DNA from: an uncultured Thermotogae bacterium
Lineage (GTDB): Bacteria > Bipolaricaulota > Bipolaricaulia > UBA7950 > UBA9294
Direction: 5' to 3'
DNA: 29,822 nucleotides
NCBI GenBank assembly: GCA_964596555.1
Contig: CAZQUT010000002.1
Span: 1 to 29,822 of the forward strand
This document shows, piece after piece, positions 18,027-24,613 of this stretch (its first letter is position 1; each line of letters begins with the position of its first letter). The notes beneath the pieces are model-generated. The model made no database searches, was not told where the DNA came from, and saw nothing but the letters and a program-made list of their open reading frames with translations. The translations under genes and the position numbers were made by a program.

Positions 18027-19054
18027 TGACCAAGCCCTTCAGCAAACTCTATCACAATCTTCAATCCTTTAGCTTCCTTGGCAAGTTGCAGTGCTTTCTC
18101 TAGCTCGGAAAAGGGGAAAGTATGTGTGATGATGCCCGGGAAATCTTGTGCATGATCGTTCAACCAGTTGACGGCTTCTCCAAACTGGCGCAGGTTGTAG
18201 CCGAAACTGCCCACAAGGGAGATCTCGCGGTAGTGTACCGCAAATGCATCGATACATACTCGATCACCCTTCGGTAATCCTCCGAATAGAAGAACCCGTC
18301 CAGCGGGCGCTGCCATATCAAAAGCCGTTTCTACTGGTGCCTTGCTTCCGACGGCGACTAGGATGCGATCAGCTTTGTCCCTGCCCCACTCGGCGGTCAT
18401 CCGCTCGCTGAGGTCCTCTTCCTGTGGTGAGATAACAGCCAGGCCGAGGTGGCGCGCCGCTTCAATCCGTGAAACGGAGATCTCGCTCAGTAGAACCTGT
18501 GCGCCTTTCGTTCTTGCCAACAGGGCAAGCATCACTCCCATCGGCCCGCCACCGATGACAAGGACGGTATCACCGTTACTGATGTCCGCCTTCTCGATCC
18601 CATTATGAACACAGGCAAGTGGTTCAGCTAGCGATCCGACGGAGAAATCGACCTCCGCTCCCAAGCGGAAGGTCCCCTGTTCCACGATCGCTCGTGGAAG
18701 AAGGATGAACTCCTGAAACGCGCCCGTAACAAATGACTTGTGTTCGCACATCTCCCCAAAATCGTGCTGGCAGAGATCGCACACTCCACACTCAACATAC
18801 GGAGCAGCAACGACTCGCTCTCCTACCTTGAATCGGTCAACTTCTGGCCCCACTTCCACTATGGTCCCAGTAAACTCATGTCCAAGTATGCAAGGAGGGG
18901 TGAAGTACGGGTGTCCCTTGAAGTAAGCCTTAACGTCGGTTCCACACAGTCCGACGGCTTGTGTCTTCAGCACTATCTCTCCAGGACCGGCGTGCGGCGT
19001 GGGAATCTCCCGATAACCGATCTTCCCAATCTCGACAAGCTCAGCGATCTTCAT
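18023..19054 (-). CDS. Zn-dependent alcohol/polyol dehydrogenase (MDR, sorbitol/threonine dehydrogenase-like)
   Basis: GLCGTD, LGHE, structural Zn motif CGVCDLC...C, AEPLAC, Rossmann motif IGGGPMG. Confidence 0.92.
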   Translation of the reverse strand: MKIAELVEIGKIGYREIPTPHAGPGEIVLKTQAVGLCGTDVKAYFKGHPYFTPPCILGHEFTGTIVEVGPEVDRFKVGERVVAAPYVECGVCDLCQHDFGEMCEHKSFVTGAFQEFILLPRAIVEQGTFRLGAEVDFSVGSLAEPLACVHNGIEKADISNGDTVLVIGGGPMGVMLALLARTKGAQVLLSEISVSRIEAARHLGLAVISPQEEDLSERMTAEWGRDKADRILVAVGSKAPVETAFDMAAPAGRVLLFGGLPKGDRVCIDAFAVHYREISLVGSFGYNLRQFGEAVNWLNDHAQDFPGIITHTFPFSELEKALQLAKEAKGLKIVIEFAEGLGQ

Positions 19055-19080
19055 CTTTGATGTCCTTCTGATCGTCTCTC

Positions 19081-19107
19081 AAGAAAGAAGGGGGGCTCTC
19101 GCCCCCC
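19081..19107 (-). terminator. Intrinsic terminator inside the operon
   Basis: Minus strand GGGGGGC-GAGA-GCCCCCC-TTCTTTCTT: a 7-bp GC stem, GNRA tetraloop and U-rich tail, just downstream of the stop at 19116. Confidence 0.75.
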
Positions 19108-19115
19108 ATAAAAAT

Positions 19116-19631
19116 CTAGTACTCGACCCGGATCTCGACGACGTACCAGTTCCACTGGTTCTCGTCGTAGAGCTCTATGGTCTCTGGATCGGAGTTGTAC
19201 GGGAAGGCAAGCTTCACCGGTCCACCCACGCTTGCTGGGAGGTCATCACCATCGAGAGTGGTAACCAAAAGGACCGGATAGTAGAGGGCATCCCTGATTG
19301 CAACGGGGACTTCCTTATCATCCGAAGCGATCGTCACGGCAGTGCTAGCACCGGCGGGAATCCCCACGTAGTCGAGAACCGCCTTCAGCGTCACACCACC
19401 GTAGGCCTGTTCTCCCATCCACGGATCCTCCACTACAAAGGCAACGTAGGGAAGTGCCTTCAGCATGTCGATATCAAACTCGAACACGTCACCATTATTG
19501 GTCAGCGCGATCGCTCCCGATACCGTAAATACAACCTCTCCAGCAGGTACGGGGACTTCTTTCCCCCACACACTCACGGCCATGAGTGTAATCACCAGTA
19601 CGCATAGCAACACCTTAGAAACATTTTTCAT
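19116..19631 (-). CDS. Exported protein with an oxidoreductase molybdopterin-binding-like (sulfite oxidase/MsrP-type) fold
   Basis: Signal peptide MKNVSKVLLCVLVITLMAVSVWG, then FTVSGAI, DPW, GVTLKAVL, ASDD, LDG, GGPVKLAFP, WNWYV. Strong SD GGGAGG. Fold call made by motif resemblance. Confidence 0.68.
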   Translation of the reverse strand: MKNVSKVLLCVLVITLMAVSVWGKEVPVPAGEVVFTVSGAIALTNNGDVFEFDIDMLKALPYVAFVVEDPWMGEQAYGGVTLKAVLDYVGIPAGASTAVTIASDDKEVPVAIRDALYYPVLLVTTLDGDDLPASVGGPVKLAFPYNSDPETIELYDENQWNWYVVEIRVEY

Positions 19632-19736
19632 AATCTATCCTCCCTTGTCTGTCTTTTGCTTCGTTTGGATCTATCTTGTTCTTATACTTATGCTCATGCT
19701 TATAATTATCACCTCCATAAATCGCAGATTACCCCC

Positions 19737-20999
19737 CTATTGCAGGCCCATCCTCTTTAGGAACATGTTCCCCTGCGTCGTTGCATTGTTGAGAGCTGTA
19801 TCAAGGTCTCTTTTTCCCAAGACAACGAGTTCTAACTGCGGCAGGAATGATTGCCACTCCCACGAGAAGAATGCAAACATGTGCGGCTTCACGTCCCGAG
19901 CGTAGGGCAGCCACTGATACGCGACGTTCCACTGCCCTCCTTCTGTTTGAAATTCTGGCCGATCGATGGCGCTCTGTCTGACCGGGAAGAGCCAGTCAGC
20001 ATAGGCAATCCGGGCTGAATTCTCCACATTGGTGAAGAACTTCACGAACTCGGCCGCCTCATCTTTGTGTGGAGAGTCAATGTATATGCCCAACGATTGC
20101 GGATCAGATTCGGTGACCGTCCTTTCATCTCCCTTAACCTGCAGCATCCCCCAATCGAGTTTCCCCTTTGTCAGTCGCTCGATCCAGCTTCGTACCCAGC
20201 AACCGTAGCTGAACATCGCATACTTACCAGTTCTAAACCCTTGCAGCAGGCTCATGAAGTCATAACTCAAGATATCCTGCGGCATCGTCTTATCTACCGT
20301 TACTAGATCGGTGAAACTCTTGATCGCCTGCCTAGCGTTATCGTCAATGTCTACGTGCCACGTCCCATCGTCATACTGCTGGAGCACGTGTCCATTGTTC
20401 TCATCCACCAGACACCACCACAGACGCTGCTCGAGCGGGGCGAGTAGCCCCCACGTGGTGACCTCGCCGGTCTCATCCCTCTTGGTCAGTAGCTGCGCGT
20501 AGCCACGGAGTTCGTCCCAGGTGATCATCCCATCTTCAGGTAGAACGATCCCCGCGTCGGTGAACAGGGCCTTGTTGTAGAAGATGACCAGTGTCTCTTG
20601 CAAAAGGGGCATCCCATAGATAGCGCCGTTATCATCGCTAACCCCATCCCATATCGATGAGGAGATATCGGCCAGTGTGTCATCGCTCAGGTAATCGTTG
20701 AGCGGAGCAGCGTAGCCGAGCATCCCATACTCATAGCACATTACTGAATCCTCATGGAAGATGTCCGGGGCTTGCCCACCCTGAAAACTAGTCAACAGAT
20801 AGTCGTCCAGGTTCTCCCAGCCTTGCCAATTGATCTCGACCTGAATGTCCGGATTAGCCTCATTCCACTCCGCGACGATAGCCTTGATCTCCTTCACCGT
20901 ATCTCCCTGCCAGGCAGGGCAGACAAACATGAGGTCGGCGGCCGATCCGAGAACCCCAAGCATCGAGACCATCAGAGCCAGCAACATAACTCGTTTCAT
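19737..20999 (-). CDS. Carbohydrate-family ABC transporter substrate-binding protein (Sec signal peptide, no lipobox)
   Basis: Signal peptide MKRVMLL, WNEANPDIQV, GQAPDIF, YGMP, FYNKALF, TWDEL, FRTGKYAM. SD AAGGAGG supports a start at 20999 or 21002. Confidence 0.93.
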   Translation of the reverse strand: MKRVMLLALMVSMLGVLGSAADLMFVCPAWQGDTVKEIKAIVAEWNEANPDIQVEINWQGWENLDDYLLTSFQGGQAPDIFHEDSVMCYEYGMLGYAAPLNDYLSDDTLADISSSIWDGVSDDNGAIYGMPLLQETLVIFYNKALFTDAGIVLPEDGMITWDELRGYAQLLTKRDETGEVTTWGLLAPLEQRLWWCLVDENNGHVLQQYDDGTWHVDIDDNARQAIKSFTDLVTVDKTMPQDILSYDFMSLLQGFRTGKYAMFSYGCWVRSWIERLTKGKLDWGMLQVKGDERTVTESDPQSLGIYIDSPHKDEAAEFVKFFTNVENSARIAYADWLFPVRQSAIDRPEFQTEGGQWNVAYQWLPYARDVKPHMFAFFSWEWQSFLPQLELVVLGKRDLDTALNNATTQGNMFLKRMGLQ

Positions 21000-21035
21000 C
21001 ATTCCTCCTTTCATGCTCTTACACCCTCCCTTTTG

Positions 21036-22700
21036 TTAATCTGCTGCCTCGTCGTACTTCGTGAAGAAGATGGGGTCGTAGGGTTTTATCAGTGTCGCGC
21101 TGTGCTCGCGATAAATACCTACTATCCCGATCACATCCTTCCTTTCCACTGGAATAGGGAACTTGCCTATGATAATGGTTGCACTTCCGTCACTTGCCGA
21201 GATGTCGTTACCCATAATTGCCTTGACTTCGAGTCGGGGAACCGCAACTGTCTTTCCGATGAAGACCTCACTATGGGACTTCATCTCGTCGATCGTTAAA
21301 TTGGGGTTTAAGATGTAGAAAGACCGCTCACGGGAGACGGTTTCTCCATCCACCATCAGAAAGTCGATCGTCAATGAATGGTAGCCGCCGTCCAGCGTTG
21401 AGAAGTTCAGGTTTCCGTAGGCGGTGCTCCAAAGCATATTGTGAGATAACCCTGCTTCTATTGATGCTCTGTCATCGAGTTGCCAGGAAGCGCTCTTCGC
21501 TTCCCCCCACACCGCTGCCTGCAAGGTATCGTTCCAGAAGACAACCGCCCCTTGGGGTGAGCTGAGTTCAACTGTGTTCAGGCCCACCTCCTGCCAGATA
21601 CTCTCCAACCGCCCGCGGCTCATCCGGTACACCCGATATCCAAACTCGCTTCCATCTGGGGCCTCCCCTTCCCACCAGGAGCCGCATACTGCTCCAGATG
21701 TAAGCTCATAGAAGGGGTATTGCTGGTGTATAAGGAAGTTCGCGTGCCAAGAGCCATCTAACAAAGCAGTGATACCGATATTTGCTAAGAGCTTGAGCAT
21801 CTGTGCATTCTCCTCGGTATTAGCCCAAGAAGGGGTTGGCTCGTGACAGAAGACCACAATAGGGGCATTCGGATCTGCTGCGGCCAGATCCTGCTCTATC
21901 CAAACAAGTTGATTTTGGGAGACTGTATAAGTGAGTTTTGTGCCAGAAAGCTGCATGGTGTCTAAAACGACAAAGTGGATACCTTTCCTATTAAATGAGT
22001 AATAGGTAGGACCAAAGTATTTTTCGTATATCCCTTTCCCTACGGCTTCATCCCGCACTATGTCATGGTTCCCTTCCACAGCGAAGAAAGGGGAAGTAAA
22101 GTTTGCGGCAAACTGGTTGGCTACATAGGCCATCCATTTGTCGACCAGCTCAACAGGTGGCCGTTGCGCATCGGCCACAACGTCTCCTGTCAGCATAACA
22201 AAATCCGGTGCGAGGCTGTTTACCTCATCGATGATCGAATCCAATACCCCTTGAGGGAGGACTTTCATCCGTCGATCGTAGAAGGCTTTCTTGAACTCAT
22301 CCGGGTCAGTCGCGTAGTGCGTGTCCGAGAGTTGAACGAAGACGAGCGGGGAATCGTCCACTACCTCCCCCAGTGGGAAGTCAAGGGGTTTCCCTTCCGT
22401 AAGGTCCCGGTACCATCCGTCAAGCGGCCGGGTCCCGCTGGGCGTGCAGATAAAGACGAATCCAGCTTCGGGATCATGGTCCAGCGCGAAAACGCCGTTA
22501 TCATCCGTCGACACTATTGTAACCCCATCGCTCACGACCACCCCAGATAGTGGAAGATCGGCGCTGTCGTATTGCAGATCCTTGTTGTAATCGATGTAGA
22601 TCATTCCTGTTACCCCATAAAGGACGGCGCTTGCCAGTATCAGGGTACAGAGTGCTATCCCGATTGCCAGTGCAAGCCGTAATCTTCTCTGCATCATCAT
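21036..22700 (-). CDS. Secreted calcineurin-like metallophosphoesterase with an N-terminal beta-sandwich domain and a C-terminal extension
   Basis: Signal/anchor helix, DYNKD...PLSGVVVSDG, then SDTH, TGDVV, GNHD, FCHEP, GSWH and SGAVCGSWWEG. Confidence 0.85.
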   Translation of the reverse strand: MMMQRRLRLALAIGIALCTLILASAVLYGVTGMIYIDYNKDLQYDSADLPLSGVVVSDGVTIVSTDDNGVFALDHDPEAGFVFICTPSGTRPLDGWYRDLTEGKPLDFPLGEVVDDSPLVFVQLSDTHYATDPDEFKKAFYDRRMKVLPQGVLDSIIDEVNSLAPDFVMLTGDVVADAQRPPVELVDKWMAYVANQFAANFTSPFFAVEGNHDIVRDEAVGKGIYEKYFGPTYYSFNRKGIHFVVLDTMQLSGTKLTYTVSQNQLVWIEQDLAAADPNAPIVVFCHEPTPSWANTEENAQMLKLLANIGITALLDGSWHANFLIHQQYPFYELTSGAVCGSWWEGEAPDGSEFGYRVYRMSRGRLESIWQEVGLNTVELSSPQGAVVFWNDTLQAAVWGEAKSASWQLDDRASIEAGLSHNMLWSTAYGNLNFSTLDGGYHSLTIDFLMVDGETVSRERSFYILNPNLTIDEMKSHSEVFIGKTVAVPRLEVKAIMGNDISASDGSATIIIGKFPIPVERKDVIGIVGIYREHSATLIKPYDPIFFTKYDEAAD

Positions 22701-22710
22701 AGGTACCTCC

Positions 22711-23457
22711 TTAATCGCTCTGCGAATGGACTAGCTCCGTAAGTTGTTCAACCTCTCGTGTGGGATCGGCGGCCTCGAAGATGTTTCTGCCGAAGGCAAC
22801 ACCCGCGGCATGCAACGCGAGCGCGTCACGCACCATAGTCAGTGGGTCATCTACTTTTGGACCGCCAGCAATGAGAATCGGAACGGGGCAACTGTCAATA
22901 ACAGATTTGTAGGCTGGTGCACCCGTGAAGTAGGCCTTGATACAATTGGCCCCGAGTTCGTACCCCACCCGTGCCGCGCAACGCACCCACCCTGTATCGT
23001 AGAATCTGTCCGGTTCAACGGGGAGTATCTCCGCGATGAGCGGCATACCATAGTGCCGACAATCTCCTGCGATCTTCGCGAGAAGTTCGAGCGAGCGGGC
23101 TTCTCCCGCTCCTCCGATGAACCCCATCACCAAGACAGCGTCCGCGCCGAGAGAGACGGCCTGTTTCACCGTGGCGATCAGGCGGTGGTAATCGAAATCT
23201 GGGTTATGCTCGGTCGATGCCCCGGTCAGCCGCAAGATGAGCGCTGACCTTCCGGCATAGATGGATGCGAATTGCGCCGCAGGGCCGGGATTCAGGATTA
23301 TCCCATCCGCCCCGCCGTCGACCACCTTCCCTATGACCCCCTCCATGCTTTCGAGTCCTTTTGCCTCGTGCTTGAACTGCCCGTGGTCGAGGGCGATGAC
23401 GACCGCCCGTCCATCCGCACGGAAGATCCGCCTCAGCCGAATCATCTTTCCACTCAT
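22711..23457 (-). CDS. Class I (DhnA/LsrF-type) aldolase
   Basis: ALDHG, GADG, LGADAV, YGMPLIAE, ARVGYELGA, Schiff-base Lys in CIKAY, IAGGPK, GVAFGRNIF. Confidence 0.9.
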   Translation of the reverse strand: MSGKMIRLRRIFRADGRAVVIALDHGQFKHEAKGLESMEGVIGKVVDGGADGIILNPGPAAQFASIYAGRSALILRLTGASTEHNPDFDYHRLIATVKQAVSLGADAVLVMGFIGGAGEARSLELLAKIAGDCRHYGMPLIAEILPVEPDRFYDTGWVRCAARVGYELGANCIKAYFTGAPAYKSVIDSCPVPILIAGGPKVDDPLTMVRDALALHAAGVAFGRNIFEAADPTREVEQLTELVHSQSD

Positions 23458-24455
23458 TTATTCTCCTCCTTGATCACTTGCTGTTGACAGGTGGCACCGG
23501 GTATGAGTTTGACCGGCAAGGTGATGTCCTCGCCCTTCCCATCGAAGAGTTGCCGACATACCTCTTCGCCAAAACGGTATGCCGGGACCTTCACTGTGGT
23601 CAGCTTCGGTCTCACAAGAGCCAGGAGCGGCGTGTGGTCGAATCCTGTCACTCCTAGGTTCTCCGGAACGCTTAGCCCCATGTCCTCAGCAGCCTGGATC
23701 ACCCCAATCGCGATGAGGTCGTTTCCCGCCATGATTGCGTCCACATGGTGTGTTCCCAGGGTTTTCTGGGCGTGCTCGTATCCGGATTCATAGGTGAACT
23801 TACCGTGACAGATACATACAGGAGAGAGATTGGCCTGCGCCATCGTTTGGCGAAAGCCAGCTAAGCGGTCCTGGGTCGTGCTCACCTCTTGCGGTCCTGC
23901 GATGTAGGCAATCCTCTGATAACCGAGCCTAATGAGGTGCTTCGTCAATTCGCAGCTCCCCCCCTGGTTGTCGGCCCCAACGGTAGGCAATCCCTCCACA
24001 CGACGATCCGCAACGACGATCTTGATCCCTTGGCGCAGCAAGCGCTGCAGCTGTACCCCGTCCGGACGCCCCACCGGGATAAAGACGATCCCCTCCACCC
24101 CTTCCGCAAGGAGAATGTGCAAGTAGCGTGACTCCTTCTCAACAGAATGCGCGCTGTCACATACCAGAGTGGAAAAGTCGTTCTCGAATGCGACCGATCC
24201 TACACCACGCACGATACGGGAGAAAAATGAGTTAGAGATATCTGGAACGAGGATACCGATTACTTGCGTGTGCTGTCGACGAAGTGTCTGCGCCGCTTTT
24301 ACCGGCGTGTAATTCAGATCCTTAATCGCCACTAGAACTCGCTGTTTCGTTTCCGGCCGCATGTGATCAGCGTCATTCCCGTTCAACACACGAGAGACAG
24401 TACTCTGCGAAACCCCAGCTCTTGCAGCTACGTCTCTAATGGTTGCCTGTTTCAT
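23454..24455 (-). CDS. LacI-family transcriptional regulator
   Basis: HTH TIRDVAARAGVSQSTVSRVLN, IGILVPDISNSFF, RLAGF, GNDLIAIG, VTGFD. Start placed at the ATG at 24455; the track extension to 24497 runs into the promoter. Confidence 0.95.
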   Translation of the reverse strand: MKQATIRDVAARAGVSQSTVSRVLNGNDADHMRPETKQRVLVAIKDLNYTPVKAAQTLRRQHTQVIGILVPDISNSFFSRIVRGVGSVAFENDFSTLVCDSAHSVEKESRYLHILLAEGVEGIVFIPVGRPDGVQLQRLLRQGIKIVVADRRVEGLPTVGADNQGGSCELTKHLIRLGYQRIAYIAGPQEVSTTQDRLAGFRQTMAQANLSPVCICHGKFTYESGYEHAQKTLGTHHVDAIMAGNDLIAIGVIQAAEDMGLSVPENLGVTGFDHTPLLALVRPKLTTVKVPAYRFGEEVCRQLFDGKGEDITLPVKLIPGATCQQQVIKEENK

Positions 24456-24459
24456 AATG

Positions 24460-24482
24460 GGAAATCGTTTTCCGAAATCGTT
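24460..24482. promoter_or_regulatory. LacI-type operator (GGAAATCGTTTTCC, 24460-24473) plus an adjacent repeat GAAATCGTT (24474-24482)
   Basis: CG-centred near-palindrome with 6 of 7 pairs matching, resembling LacI-family operators. It sits between the -10 box and the regulator start codon. Confidence 0.65.
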
Positions 24483-24487
24483 ACACC

Positions 24488-24516
24488 ACCATAACACAAC
24501 TCTTGGAGGATGTCAA
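24488..24516 (-). promoter_or_regulatory. Sigma70-type promoter of the operon
   Basis: Minus strand TTGACA (24516-24511), 17-bp spacer ending in TGT (extended -10), TATGGT (24493-24488). Confidence 0.75.
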
Positions 24517-24613
24517 TAGGTAAGTACGCTAAGAAAGCTCAGAGAACATGGAAAATCTGAGTAGACATGCGAAACATCACTTGGGACACAAGCTTGTACA
24601 AGGAGGGTCTTGC

